DNA of 64,000 nt from the human T2T-CHM13v2.0 reference genome, Homo sapiens, in NCBI RefSeq assembly GCF_009914755.1, contig NC_060947.1. One strand, 5' to 3'. Shown here one piece after another: positions 16,581 to 32,219 of the stretch. A program made the translations under genes and the position numbers. Under the pieces are notes generated by a model. It made no database searches. It was not told where the DNA came from and saw only the letters and a list, made by a program, of their open reading frames with translations. Numbering within the stretch: the stretch's first letter is position 1; every line of letters begins with the position of its first letter.

Positions 16581-17378
16581 CATTTCCTTGAAACAGCATC
16601 TGGCATACAACAGTGCTTTTTCTTGAAATTTCTGATCCAATTCCAGCTCTTCCAAGAAGCCAGAGTGAAGTTCTCTCCCTTCTCACAACTCCCAAACTTC
16701 TATTACAATATTTGTCAGAGTCACCTTTCTAGTAGACACACTTTTTTACCTGTCTCTACTAGACTAGGGTGGAGATAGTATCTTATTCATCTTTGCATTC
16801 CCTACAGTGGGGAGAAGCAGAGTGCCTGGCACTTATATACTCAGGAAATACTGATAAAATTTGCTTTGGCCTCCCACTAAAAGGCAGTCCCCTGTCCCAC
16901 TTCTTCATGGCCTTACTCTAAGTTGTTGTAACTTTCTATGATGGTGTGAGGTATTTCTCTCCAAGGTTTAAATATTCACTGGTGGCATTTGAGGAACAAT
17001 GGCAAGGAGTAAAAATAAGATTGCTTTGGGGATGGATACCTGCTGGTACCACTCAGATAATACTCCACAAATAGCTGCCATTTCTCAAAAATAGCTCTGC
17101 CCTGGATTCCCTCATGGCTGCTACAGACACTTTTAGAGGTTTAGAGAAATTATATAGCCATTGTTCTTGAAATTTGGAGCTGATAAAACCACCTCATATG
17201 AGGATGTGGAACTTTAGTTTCTATTGAACTTTAAAAATATCTAGTTCACATTGTCCTCACATTTGTTGGTAACTAGTAGACCTAGTATTTTTTTTAACAA
17301 GTAGCCCTCTTAGTTTGGTAGCTTCTCCATGCCACTACAGCTGCCACAGGGGTCGGGAATTCTTACATGGCATCAGGA

Positions 17379-17672
17379 TTTTTTTTTTTTAAGACAGGGT
17401 TGCACTCTCTTACCCAGGGTCTCACTCCTTTTACAGGCCAGAGCACAGTTGCATGATCACTGCTCACTGCAGCCTTGTGGGCTCAGGTGATCCTCTCACC
17501 TCAGCCTCACAAGTAGCTGGGTCTACAGGCATCCATCCTCATGACCAGCTAATTTTTTTTCTATTTTTTTGTAGGGACAGGGTTTTGCCATGTTACCCAG
17601 CCTGGTCTTGAACTCCTGGGCTCAAGCGACTCATGCGCCTCAGCCTCCCAAAGTGCTGGGATTACAAGCAGG
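17379..17672 (-). mobile_element. Alu (AluJ-like)
   Basis: Reverse Alu consensus preceded by a T run. Confidence 0.92.
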
Positions 17673-18069
17673 ACATTTTATTAAAGACATTTTATTTGTA
17701 CTTACTTCCACTCAGTTCAATATGCTCTGGCGGTTTTATGAGCCAGTAAACATATCTAACTCAAGGGTGGTGTCAGCAAGAAGCATAGGGTTTCCTATTC
17801 AGTCTCCAAATGAACCAATTTAGGTTTGTTACTACTAATAAGCAGTTGAGACCATCAGCATTTCATTTGTTCTCTCTGAATCTCAGATTTTTCACTTATA
17901 ATATGGTATAATAATAGTAACTGGGTTGTTGAAGAAATTTAGAAATGATGGGAAAACATTAGACATAAACTAACTGTCTATCAGGTCTATCAATAGTGTA
18001 CAGGTTACATTATGATACAGAGACAATGGCATACTATAAAGCCAACCAAAAAATTTGAAGAAGTTCTCT

Positions 18070-18390
18070 ATAAACTAATAATGGAAAGATTTCCAGAACA
18101 TATTGTTTGGTAGAAAAAAAGTGAGGTGCAAAACCGTATGTGCTATGCTACCTTTTGTGGAGGGGAGCAGGTGTGAGAATACAGATTTAAAATTTCCTGT
18201 GTTTTCATGTAAGAACACTGGAGGGATATAACGGACATTAATAAAAGAGGCAATCCTTGGGGGCTTCAAGGATGATACTAGTACTATGTGGACAGGGACA
18301 GAGGTAGGAACAAGATTTCTCAATTGCATGTCATTGTTTATGATTTTGACTTTTGAGCCATATGAATGCATTTTCTACAAAAATACTTTG
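18070..18390 (+). mobile_element. Old L1ME-like 3' fragment
   Basis: atggaaagatttccagaacatattgtt...gaaaaaaagtgaggtgcaaaac...tttgagccatatgaatgcatt. Confidence 0.5.
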
Positions 18391-19451
18391 AAAACTATAA
18401 GCATTGTGCTAGGAATAGCAAGTTATTTGTAGATGCCTAAAATCATTATGGCGTTTTGTATTGTACTTTATATATTTTGTTCCCTTTGTTTGAATGTTCC
18501 TCACTTTCTTGTCCACCTTGAAAATTCCTAAATAGTAATTCTTCAAAATTCAGCTCTAGACAGAAACCATCCTTCACTGTCTCTCCCGAATTTGTGTTTT
18601 AGAGTAGTTCTGCCTCTATCTTTACTAATTCTGATTTCTAAATTCAGTATTTTCTTTCCATTGAAAGTTACGCCTGTTCTTTGGGAAACACATCTTCACT
18701 GTCTCAGATAGAGCTGCCCACTCACAATCTCTGATGTATATTTGCAGACTTGCCTGCTTATAGCAGGATTGTACTTGGTTGTTTGTCAGTCATCTTCCCA
18801 ATTGGGCAGAGCTCCTTGCAGGACAGGGCCCACATCTCTGTCATCTCTGATTCCACAGTAAACCAGATCATCAGGCTGCCCATTATGAGTAAGATTCAGG
18901 ATCAGAAAGCCCAGGCATGTGTGATATAGAGAACTGCAGAGCCTCTCAAAGAGCAAAGGCTAAACATGAGCCCTGAAGGGCTTATTCTACTCTTCACAAC
19001 CTATTATGGGGCTGCCATAGAATAATTGAGCGATATCCCCCAAATCTCACTTTCTGCACCATCTCTTAGGACAAGATTACTTCAAGGTGACCACCTCCCC
19101 ACAACTGCCTATCAATAACCAATCTTTTACTGGTTCTAAGTGAATATTTTCTGAGTGTGGGAAGTTCCAATGCTCTACAAGCATAAAAGCCCTTGTATTC
19201 TTCAAGTGTTCAGTAAGCTTGAAGATTTTGATTCCACTTTATTACAACCCTCCTTCCCATTGTTTTGCCCCCTCCTTCCCTATTGGTTGGCATAATTTCA
19301 TATGGACCAGCCTCTGGTCCACACACCCCAGGCACACTACTCCAGGACTCCTTGTTCTATCCTGAACCTCATTGTTGAGGGAAGCACCAAGCAAACGGGA
19401 AAACAAAGCTCAAACCCAGCCCTGGATCTTAGAGGTGATTTTCTGTTTTCT

Positions 19452-19745
19452 TTTCTTTTTTTTTTTTTTTTTTTCAGACGGAGTCTCGCTCTGTTGCCCA
19501 GGCTGGAGTGCGATGGCGCAAATCTCGGCTCACTGCAAGCTCCGCCTCCAGGGTTCACGCCATTCTCCTGCCTCAGCTGGGACTACAGGCGCCTGCCACC
19601 ACGCCCAGCTAATTTTTTGTATTTTTAGTAGAGACGGGGTTTCACCGTGTTAGCCAGGATGGTCTCGATCTCCTGACCTCATGATCTGCCTGCCTCGGCC
19701 TCCCAAAGTGCTGGGATTACAGGCGTGAGCCACCGCGCCCAGCCG
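19452..19745 (-). mobile_element. AluY
   Basis: AluY diagnostics (gcaagctccgcctc, gggttcacgccattc, tagccaggatggtctcgatc); TSD gattttctgttttct. Confidence 0.95.
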
Positions 19746-20144
19746 ATTTTCTGTTTTCTAATAAAAAATGTTCCTCTTAAGATGGACAAGAGTCTCGTCT
19801 GCCTGGTTTTTATTAACAGTACACTGTGGCTGCTGTCATTGCTTTCTCATAAAGGGGAAGGGCTTCACTTGCAAACAATATAATTTAGCTGATGAGTGGG
19901 GGAAACTATGTCTACAGTGGGAACGTTCTCATCAGTTCCAAGGTGGTCTTAAGGTTTCTTAACGCATTAAAAAGTGTATCCCATGTTTATATGCTGAGGG
20001 AAACTTATAAGAAGGCAGTATTTCACTCGTGCTAGTTAATATTTACTCCAGAATTAGCCATTTAATCTCCCATTTAGACCCTGGCTTCCTACAAGATAGA
20101 TGAGGGAGTCTGGGGATTCAGCTCACTCTTATAACTGTGGGGCT

Positions 20145-20453
20145 TTTCTTTTCTTTTTTTTTTTTTTTTTTTTTTGAGACGGAGTCTCACTCTGTCACCT
20201 AGATTGGAGTGCAATGGTGTGATCTCAACTCACTGCAAACTCCGCCTCCTGGGTTCAAGCGATTCTCTTGCCTCATCCTCCCGAGTAGCTGAGAATACAG
20301 ACACATGCCACCACGCCTGGCTAATTTTTGTATTTTTAGTAGAGACGGGGCTTCGCCATGTTGGCCAGGCTGGTCTCAAACTCCTGACCTCAAATGATCT
20401 GCTCGTCTCAGCCTCCCAAAGTGTTGTGATTACAGGTGTGAGCCATCCTCGGC
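20145..20453 (-). mobile_element. Alu (AluSx-like)
   Basis: Reverse Alu consensus; TSD-like aactgtggg on both sides. Confidence 0.94.
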
Positions 20454-21259
20454 CAACTGTGGGACTTTTACTGTCAGCATGAAATACATGCACACGTATG
20501 CATGCATATATAGATACATATTTCTTTTTCAGAACAATATTTATTGGAGAACTTTAAAGACAGCTAGAGATCAATGGGGACTGCACCTGCACTTCACAGG
20601 AGAAAGTAGGGTTTCTAGAAAAAGACTGCAGGTTGTAAATTTTAAAGGAAATAGAAAAGGATTTATTGCTCTTTTCCTAAGGGCCGAAACCTGCTGCTGC
20701 TAATAGATGGCCTGACCTCTGAGATATAATTAATCCAAAATATTTTTCAAAGGGGCAAACATGCAAAACCTCCCCAAAGTAATCTGAATGGTTTAAATTA
20801 CAAGTGTTTAAGTTTACAGTTGCAAATTAATAACTTCCTCCAGGATCAATCAGGTAGGGAGAATTATTCATAATTTACTCATGAATAGTTTCTTCTGGTC
20901 CTTGAACCAATGAAGCCTGAATTAGAGACCTCAGGGACACAGAGGTGATTACTGCTTTAGTATAGATCAGATCTGTGGAAGAATAAGAAAGGCTACCACA
21001 AATACTGAATTTAAGGGAAAAAAAAATGCCCATCCCATTCACCTCCCTTCATGTTGATTTGCTTGCTTATTGCCAGTTTAGTGATTTTTTTCAGGGATGC
21101 TCACACATGCTGATTAGACACTTTCTTGTTGTAGGCTTGGCTATCAGTTTTCTGTGTGATCTTGGGCAAGTTACTTCACCCCATAGGCCTCAGTTTATCC
21201 TCCTGTCAAAATAGGATGATGAAATAGATAGTTATGCTCATTTCCAGCTCTATCTATGA

Positions 21260-21420
21260 CAGTGGTTACTTCTGACTGCACATTAGAATCACCTGGGAAC
21301 TTGGAAAAAGTACAGATGGGGACCTACCTCAGACCAGCTACATCTGGGCACAGATATTAAATTTTTTTAAAAAAGATTTCTGTTTGATGTAATGTGCAGC
21401 TAGGACTGAAAACCACTGAT
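21260..21420. mobile_element. MER5A-like hAT DNA transposon relic
   Basis: cagtggttact...ctgcacattagaatcacctggg...aatgtgcagc...gaaaaccactg termini. Confidence 0.7.
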
Positions 21421-21485
21421 TTCTGTTCTGTGCCTTTCCATCTTGGGCTAGATCTGATCCAACTTAGAAGCAGTTGCAAGGTAAG

Positions 21486-22000
21486 TGTCTCTGTTTCCTA
21501 TTGCTGCTGTAAAAAATTACTACAAATGTACTGGCTTAAAATAATACAAATGTATTATCTGACATTTCTGGAGGTCAGAAGTCCAAAATTAGTTTCATTG
21601 CACTAAAGTCAAGGTGTGTCACCAGGACTGGTCTCTCCGAAGGCTCTGGGGTTGAGGTAGGGGAGGGGAGAATCCGTTTTCTTGCCTATTTCAGCTTCTA
21701 GTGGCTGCCTGTATTCATTGGTTTGTGATCCTTTCCTCCGTCTTCATGTGCATTGCTCTAATATCTGCTTCTGTAATCACATCACTCATTCCTTTGGCTC
21801 TGAATCCTCCTGCCTTCTTTTTATAAGGACCATTGTCATTATGTTGGGCCCATCCAGATGGTCCAGGATGGTCACCCCATCAAAAGATCCTTAATTTAAT
21901 CACATCTGAAAATTTCCTTTGCCATATAAGGTAACATTCACAGGTCTCAAAGATTAGGACATGGACTTATATATGGGGGAATATTATTCAGCCTATTACA
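21486..22000 (-). mobile_element. MaLR solo LTR (MLT1D-like)
   Basis: Minus strand starts tgtaataggctgaataat; MLT1 motifs (ttctggaggtcagaagtccaaa, aaggtaacattcacagg); TSD gtaa(g/t). Confidence 0.8.
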
Positions 22001-22269
22001 GTAATCTTTCACTTTTCCTACTGTGTATACTGAGTGATTTAAGAGACAGATAAAATGTTTGATTATAGCTGGAATTTTCTCAGTAAGAGAAGCAGAAAGT
22101 GTCTCAGAGTGGAATAAAAATAATACCTTGCACTTGTGTAATGCTTCACTTTTACATCCTTTACCTTCTTTGATCCTTAGAGTCAGCTTGGGAGGTTGCT
22201 GGGGTTAGTTGAGGCCGTAGGGAATGAGGTAAGTTATCCAAAGTAAAGTGATGGGGTAGGACTTGGTAT

Positions 22270-22485
22270 AGGGTTGCTAAATTTAGTAAAGAAGAGTGCA
22301 GATGCTCAATTACAATTTAAATTTAGATAAACCACACATTTGTTTTACTATATATGTGTCCCGTGTAATGTTTGGAGCACACTACAAAAGTATTCATTGT
22401 TTATCTGAAATTTAAATTTAATTTGGCATGCAATTTAAATTTAATTTCCTGTAATGTCTGTTGTATTTTATCTGGCATCTCTACT
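22270..22485. mobile_element. MER3/MER33-like DNA transposon relic
   Basis: agggttgctaaatttag...ttgtttatctgaaatttaaatttaa...atctggcatctct. Confidence 0.65.
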
Positions 22486-23547
22486 TTGATATGTTCACTC
22501 CATTATATTCCAGTTGTCTCTTGTTATTCCATGGTCCCATGCCCCTGCTCCTACCATTATCAGTAATATTTTAAAACTTTTCATTATATATGCTTTTATA
22601 GTTTATGAAGCTCTTTGACATATTATTAACTTTGCTCCTCAAAATAAACCTGCTCATCCCAGAGACAAAGCAGAGTACATATTGTGAATTTTCATTTTAC
22701 AGATAGAAATCAAACCCAAGAAAGATCACTGACTTGCCCACTGTCAGCTGAAACCTGAATCTTTTGCTCTTTCGTCTTATCCTGGACTTGCTCCCCTGTG
22801 ATGTTCCACGTTCATCCACAGGGCCTCAGTTATTTCCCTCTTTCCCAGCTCCTTGAATTCATCCCTTCAACACTTTGAACTCATATAGACCTTGCTGCAA
22901 TGTCTGTAAGATGAGCCCTTTCTGGTCTGAACTGCTGGTCTCCCAGGGTGAGGATGTCCTCATCCTATAGCTTCCTTCATGCAAGCTTCAGATTCCTGTG
23001 TGGCAATCTAGCTTTGCTGATTCCATGAACCACTATCTGCTTCTCACTTACGGAGATGGAGAAATGGTGTGCCTGAGAAGTGACTTGGTTCACTCATTCG
23101 TGCACACAGTGTGACATGAATTTCAGGAGACAAGTGAAGTAAAATGCTAAAAATTGAAGAAAGAGAATTTGGAAGACAGAACCAAACTTCAGCGCTATGA
23201 ATCCTGCAATGGTCCCCAGAATTTATACTGTTTCTCCAGAAGATTTTATGCATGGGCTTTGATGGGATTGGCCACAAGGTATAGGCAGACTGGACAGCAA
23301 AATTACCCTTCCTTTTACAGGTAAGGAAGCAGGTCCAGGGAGGAGTCATAATGTGTGAGCTACAGCGCTGGAGCTAGATTTCAGTTTTTTTCAATTTCCA
23401 GTCCAGTTTACTTTCCACCCACAGAGATGGGAAACTATTTAGTATTTTTTTGTAGCAATCTCTTGCTTGAACAAGACACACTCTTGTCATTATCTTAGTG
23501 TTGTTTGTAGAAGGACTAGTCTGAGACCCACTTCTAGTAGAGGTGCC

Positions 23548-23881
23548 AGCAAGCTAGGCTTATTTGCAACTGTGTATGCCTCTAAACTTTTTTTTTTTTT
23601 TTGAGATGGAGTTTCGCTTTTGTCACCCAGGCTGGAGTGCAATGGTGTGATCAGCTCACTGCAACCTCCGCCCCTTGGATTCAAGTGATTCTCCTGCCTC
23701 AGCCTCCTCAGTAGCTGGGACCACAGGCGTGCGCCACTATGCCTAGCTAATTTTTTATTTTGAGTAGAGATGGGGTTTCACTGTGTTTGCCAGGTTAGCC
23801 TCAAAACCCCTGACCTCGGGTGATCTACTCACCTCGGCCTCCCAAAGTGTTGGGATTACAGGCGTGAGCCACCGCCCCTGT
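23548..23881 (-). mobile_element. Alu (AluS)
   Basis: Reverse Alu consensus with T run. Confidence 0.94.
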
Positions 23882-24464
23882 CCTGCCTCTTAATTTGAAC
23901 TGAAAATAGTTCAGTGATCCCCTCTCTTCCTTCCCAACTGGCTGCCCCACCACCACCTCCCTCTCTACTCAGAAGAAAACAGAAAAGACTCAGGTAGGCT
24001 TGATATGCCTTCAAGTTGTTGGCATTAATTGATCCTGGCTTGAAACATTTTTATGCTAAGATACTTTCCTCCTTTATATTTTTCTGTATCCAAATGTAAG
24101 GAACAGTGCTTAGCCAAGCTGGATGGATCACTGGATGCCTATTGTACTGAGGTGCTTTAAAGAATGAGACCTCTTTTACTCCCTACCCCTTTCTACCCTC
24201 AATCAAGAAATAATGACGGGCCTTTCATTGGCACCTCTGCTAATGAAGTGAGGCCTCTGGGTCCAGGATTCTAATCTTAGTTGAACAATGAACAAAGCAA
24301 TGGCTTTGGACTTACATGCAAAAGACAATCAGAGGATATAAGACAGGGTTTGATAAAGTGCTACATTGTATAGTACACGCTATGAGTGCATTGGAGATAG
24401 CCAGAATTGCTAAGGAAAAAATTATTACAACAGTTAAAATGGTAAGAAAAACTTTAGGAACATT

Positions 24465-24841
24465 GTTAGTAGATGTTGAGACTATCATAATATGGGAGAG
24501 ATCAGGCTCAACTCCAAATGCAGCAGGGACAAGTGGAGATTTATAGCCAACAAGCAGAACCTCATTCTGCTTGTTGGGTTGGAGCAAGTGGATGGAAAGT
24601 TACTAAAAAGTCACATCAAGGGTTGGGTGTTTCTTGCTAAACTGATTTAACAGAATTCTTGCTGAAGGCAGGCCAGGGCGATCAGATATTAAGGGTGAGA
24701 TATTCTCTCTGTACTGGCTTAGAAGGATTCTTGCTACCACTGGACTAGATGTGCCAAAGATAAGGCCCAAGGACAAAGCCTAGTCAAAAAGAGGACTCAG
24801 AGGAGCCTAGCTAAAGTTTGGTCAAGGAGATGGTCTTTATT
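24465..24841 (-). mobile_element. ERV1 LTR (MER31/MER67-like)
   Basis: Reverse of ...tctccttgaccaaactttagctaggctcctctgagtcctc...; repeated ttcttgcta motifs typical of this group (recall). Confidence 0.65.
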
Positions 24842-25263
24842 GGAATCCAGTGGATACCAGGAGAACAGCAATGAACTGACTACAGCACTCAATATGGAAT
24901 CTGTGGGTGTTTTATGGCAATTAATTGATTAGGCTCACATGACTGCTAGTCTCTACCAAGTTCTAAATCCTGGGGGGTAGAGGTCTTAGTGTTCTGTAAA
25001 AATCTGCAAATACCTTGGCAATAGTAATAATGTCTTATGCTGATCAGTGTATTTAACTCTTCTAATGTCCTCTTTTTAGAAGTGTACAATCTCTTGGACT
25101 TAGAAAATTTCAGAAGTGGATACACCCTTGTAAGTCACATCTAGTATAATAACTATAATTATAATAATAGCAGATAAGATTTTTTAAGGGCTTATTGCAA
25201 CCTGGGCACTGCATTAAGGAGCATTACATGCAGTATTTCATTGAATCCTTACAACAAACCTAC

Positions 25264-25757
25264 TTCCAGGCCTGACCCAGAGACCCTGGCTGAACAATGG
25301 ATGAAAAAATGTACACAGACACAGGTTTTTTTCCCTGGCTGCATGGTAGGGGACCGGGCTGCTCACAGACATCGAAGAGGGTGCCATAAAGAGTCACAGT
25401 GGCCACAGCCATGACAAGCTGGCACTGCAGGCATTTATTTAGTACAGATTTAATGACAAAGGCTTTGAGTCAACACACTTGTGGGTAACTAACATGGTGG
25501 CATGGTCGTGCCCTGCCCCACGTCTTGCGCAGGGATAATTAAAGGCCAGTTTCCGAGGCCTAAGTAAACTAACTTATCTAGATCAATTTATTTACATCCT
25601 CTTGTTATCTAACCTTTGCTTTCAGGCTCTGGATAAGAGAATCTGGCTGGCTTCAGCCAAATCCTCTTTGGAAGCTTTTGTAAAATCTCCTGGCCTTCCA
25701 AGAAGGTTTGCATCTTTTTTCTATAATTTCTGCCACCACCCTGACAGATCTCCTACA
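25264..25757 (-). mobile_element. Solo ERVK-class LTR (LTR22/LTR3-like) inserted in a MIR
   Basis: Minus strand starts tgtaggagatctgtcagggtggtgg; 6-bp TSD acctac at 25258-25263 and 25758-25763; MIR continues on both sides. Confidence 0.75.
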
Positions 25758-28489
25758 ACCTACAAAATGTGTACTACTATACAGTTTCACAGATGAGAAA
25801 ACAGATTTAAAGAGGTAAATCAATTAGCCAAAGATCACACAATTAGTAACTGACCAAGCTAGGATTTGAACTCGTTTGTCTGAAATTAAAGTCTAAGATC
25901 TTAGCCATTACTCTCACTTTACAGGACAGAGGACTTGAGCCCTAGGGATAGGAAGTGACTTTTCAAAATCACAGAGCAAATTGGGTGATCAGATAAGGAC
26001 TGTAACCCAGAAATCTTGGCTCTCAGTTCAGTGGGCCTTTATAGTATCTACCCTGTCTCACCAGTTTGCTGACAGCAAGGTAGACTTAAAAGAATGTCAG
26101 ATTAAGTCCTGACTATCTCACCTACTGGCTGTGTGTGACCTGGGGTTAGTTACTTAACTTGGCTTCACCTCAATTTTCTCATTTGTAGAACAGAAGCCAG
26201 AATAACTACTCTGACATGTGAAGCTGTTATGAGAATCAAATGAGATATGGGTATGAAAATGCTTTGTAAATAACAAAAGACTCTACACTTCAGAGGGCAA
26301 TTTTCCAGTCCGGAACACCTAGTGAATTCTTGATGTAATCTATTATCAATAAGTCCTCATTGGAGAACTATTGGCTAGCAATGACAACTGAATACTTGAG
26401 GCCTGACTCCAGCCCGAGTAAAAGGAACAATAATTGCTGGCTATCCATAACTTTCCAGTGGTTTAAAAGATTAATTTGAAAGAACATTGCTTTAAAGGAG
26501 GATAGGCAGAATGAAATGTTTAAGGTCTATAAAGTAGAAGACACTCCCCCAGAGAGAAGTGGTAGAATCAATGAAAACTACTATTGCTGAGACAACCCCG
26601 ATGAGAAATTGCAGTGCCCACAAGCTTCATTTGGTGTTTGCAGTTGGAGAGAATCAATTTGCTAAATTGGAAATGAAATCTGAATTGAATTCAGTGACTG
26701 AAGATTAAGTTTCTTCAGCTCTTTGCATTCTTAAAGTTTCTACTAGCACACAGAAAACAGCTTGCATGCTAAATCCCCTTTCCTTCTCAAGAAGGTGAAT
26801 ATTTATGGTCAATACTGGAGAGAGAGAGAGAGAGAGCCCTTAATCTCCATGTGTTCCCTTTCCTCCAACAAGAGTTTAACAGGGAGAAGAGTAGAGACAG
26901 TAGGAAAGTTTGCAAAAACACATCATGATGATTTTTCAGATGCAGCCTCTTAAAGAGGATGTAAGCAAAATTTCCCCTTTTAAAGAACAAAAAGGAAAAG
27001 AAAAAACTATATGTAGCTACAAGTAAACACAGTCCCCAAAAGCTTCAGGCCCAATTTTCTATTAAGGGGCAATAAACCTAGATTCCTTAATTGTCTGGCT
27101 TATTTCCCAAGTTGTCTCTACTTTCCAAATTCATCTCTGACCAGAGACTGTATTTGCATAACTCCCAGACCATGGTGCTGGAAGAGCTGTTACAGTCGGC
27201 CAAGTCCCAGGCAATTAGACTTGGGGCATCTGTCAAAAGAATTCCTCATGTGCTTTAGGGGCACTTAGTTGACAAATTATTTTCACTTGAACTTTTCTCT
27301 TTTGATCCTCCTTAAACTTCAGAGAAGTTGGGCCAAACAGGTATTATTCATATTTCACAATTAAGGAAGTAGGTCCAGCGGAATGATTTGTCTAGTATCT
27401 CAGAGTGCTTAAGAGGCAAAGACAGTCTAGGTGTTCTGATTTCTAACTAAGGTCTTTCCAGGAAATACTATAGCTTCCTTATCCAACCCTCCTCACTGCC
27501 CCAGGATTCTCAGAGCTCTCAAGCAGTCTCTCCCTTTTCACCTATTAAATAAGGAGAGGAGGTAATGGTAGTCACTGCTGGGAAATATATATATTTTTGG
27601 AAGGACAATGCCTCACCCCAAAGGAATCAGTCGAATTATGAATTTCAGATTATTTGTAGCCAGGTGAGGGTAGAATCTGAGGAGTAGAGGACCATTTTGG
27701 CTCCAGAAAAGGTCCCATCATGTGGGCCCAGGTATGATCAGCCATGTTTATAGTAGGAAATAATAGACTGTGCAACCTCTGGCCTGGTTTTAGTGTCCAG
27801 AGAGATTGGAGAGTGTTCTGAGCTGAACCAGGACATCAAGGTTCCATTCTTGCCTTCAGTGATGATTCACTTCGGTTTATTCTGTTAGGCAATGGTTACA
27901 TCCAGCAGAAGGCCTCAGAGGCCATTTCCCAGGGCCAGTGATCTGGAAAAGTCCTCAGAGACCTTTGACTCTATCTCCCTTCATTGTACAGGCAGTAAAA
28001 GAGAAGCCCACTCAGGGCACAGGCTTAGGGGCCTGAGGTGACAAAAACAATGTGAAGGTTAGAAGTAATAAGGTAAAGGAAGAATAAGGAGAGTGAGTAC
28101 CTGGTATTCAACTTTGTTTGTAATAGCAAAAACGTTGGTAAGCACACAAGTCCCTAAGAACACTCAAGAATGTTTAAGACAAGTATTGCAGATGATTGAA
28201 TATCTCCATCTATAAAGGGTGGCAATGTTTATTTAATGCTTAATATATGGTTACCAAATGCATGAATATGTGCACAGTGGGTGCTCAATACAGATTGTTT
28301 GATACAAACAGAGGTGGGGATAGCTAGCAACACACTTTGGTTCCTCCTAGGCTGTTAAGAGCCATAAATAATCTTAGAAATCATCCCAATCATTTTTCCA
28401 TTCTCCACTTTAAACTGAGGCATAAAAAGAAGTAGTGGTTTGCCTACAATCATACAGTTAGTGGTAGAGCTAGTACTCTAGTCTTCTGA

Positions 28490-28932
<443 letters not shown>

Positions 28933-29413
28933 TTATTATCTCTCTTAATCTTTGAAGCAACCTGTGAGGTAGAGAGTACTACAGCCACAATTTTATAGAT
29001 GAAAACTCATAATTCTGAGAGGCTAATTTGTCTGAAGCACAGCTGAGATTCATACTCAGATCTGACTCCAAAGCCTGTGTTTTTAACCACTGTACTCTCA
29101 ATAGATACCAGGTAAATCAAGCCAGAGAAGTTAGTTCTAATGACTTTAGTGGGGCTCTAAAAAAACTGTGTAAATTTGAAAAATCAAAAATTATTAAAAT
29201 ACCTCCTTTGGGTGCAAATAAAAGTAATTCATTTTTTCTATTATAAAATTTGGAAAATATTAAAAACATTAAAAAATTACCATAATCCTACCACCCAGAC
29301 TTACTATCTTGGTATATTGTTTTCCCCAGTCTTCTGATAGAATCAAACTTTAGATAGCCTGAATTCTATGATTCCAAAGAACTCTGTGGTCAAACAATAC
29401 ATTCTTTGAACTA

Positions 29414-29486
29414 GACCAATCTCCCCCAGTACATTTCAAAAGTTGACCAATCTCCCCCAGTACATTTCAAAAGTTGACCAATCTCC
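29414..29486. repeat. 31-bp tandem duplication (2.3 copies)
   Basis: gaccaatctcccccagtacatttcaaaagtt twice, identical, then gaccaatctcc. Confidence 0.95.
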
Positions 29487-29855
29487 AAATTGCCCATATA
29501 GCTGACAAGTTCCTGTGGAAGTCCTCATACCTTGCTACTCTCAGATAATTAAGCATTTGTTTATCAACTGTAAGCAATCTTACCATCTAATTCAGTATTA
29601 TTCAATGTATTATCCATGGAATGGTAGTCTTCTAAGATACTCTGGGGGAAGAGAGTCATGTGGTTGAATAAGATTGGAAAATACTATGTACTAGTTTCCT
29701 TGCCTGAGATTTATGATACTCAAAATTCTTCAGAAAAGAGTCATGTATAGGTACAATTTTCCAGGTTTCTTTCATCCTAGAACTCCCTTTTCTACAAAAA
29801 AAAAAAAAAAAATCTATTAGTGTCAAGTAGTATTTTGAAAAAGGCTGATCTAGTT

Positions 29856-29968
29856 AAGGTGACCAACCATTCAGTTTGTGTGGGACTTAGGGGGTTTCCA
29901 GGATGTTGGACTCTCAGTGTTAAAACCATGAAAGCCCTGGGTAAACAAGGAAAAATTAGTCAGCACAG
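29856..29968. mobile_element. MER81-like DNA transposon relic
   Basis: taaggtgaccaacc...gggact...ttagtcagcac, ~110 bp. Confidence 0.55.
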
Positions 29969-29993
29969 ATTTCTATCTAAACTTCCTCTCCTT

Positions 29994-31684
<1,691 letters not shown>

Positions 31685-32219
31685 AAACTTCCTCTCCTTA
31701 TCTCCCATTTTACAGATAAAGAAATTACGATCTAGAAAGGAAAAAGTAATTTTATACACCTATCCAATGTCAAAACTGGAATTCAAACCCATTACTCATG
31801 GATCCCAAGGCAGTAATCTTTCTATACTATACTAGGGAGAAATTTATGGGAGAGTAAAATTAAGGCATCTAAGAATCTTATACGCTAATTCATGACTATT
31901 TCTTATAGGTAATAATCATACTAAATTTGAATCAGGCATTATGACCTAAAAGATGGATGTCTCATGCACTAGGCTTTTACTGAGTTCTTGACAGGAGGAA
32001 AATAGGACTGCCTGTTGTCCAAGTATGAGGGTGGTATAAAGCTAGGTAGAAGTAGTCTCTCCTTTCTGATCTTCACTGACATTTGGTCAAAAAGTCAGGA
32101 GTTTTAAGCTTGACTCCTACTTTTGCCTGGCAGTTTTGGAATGTTTTTTAGTAGGCTGACTTTTCTCTTCCCTGAGATTATGTAACTTTCCATTTACTAA
32201 AACTTCCTGCAAATTCTTC

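Noticed and set aside
19768-19962. HCGCCHCFL peptide after an acceptor-like ttaacag, as an alternative Shisa exon 2
   Set aside because: The acceptor would exclude the hydrophobic stretch and does not match the phase-0 donor; no TM-length segment precedes the cysteines.
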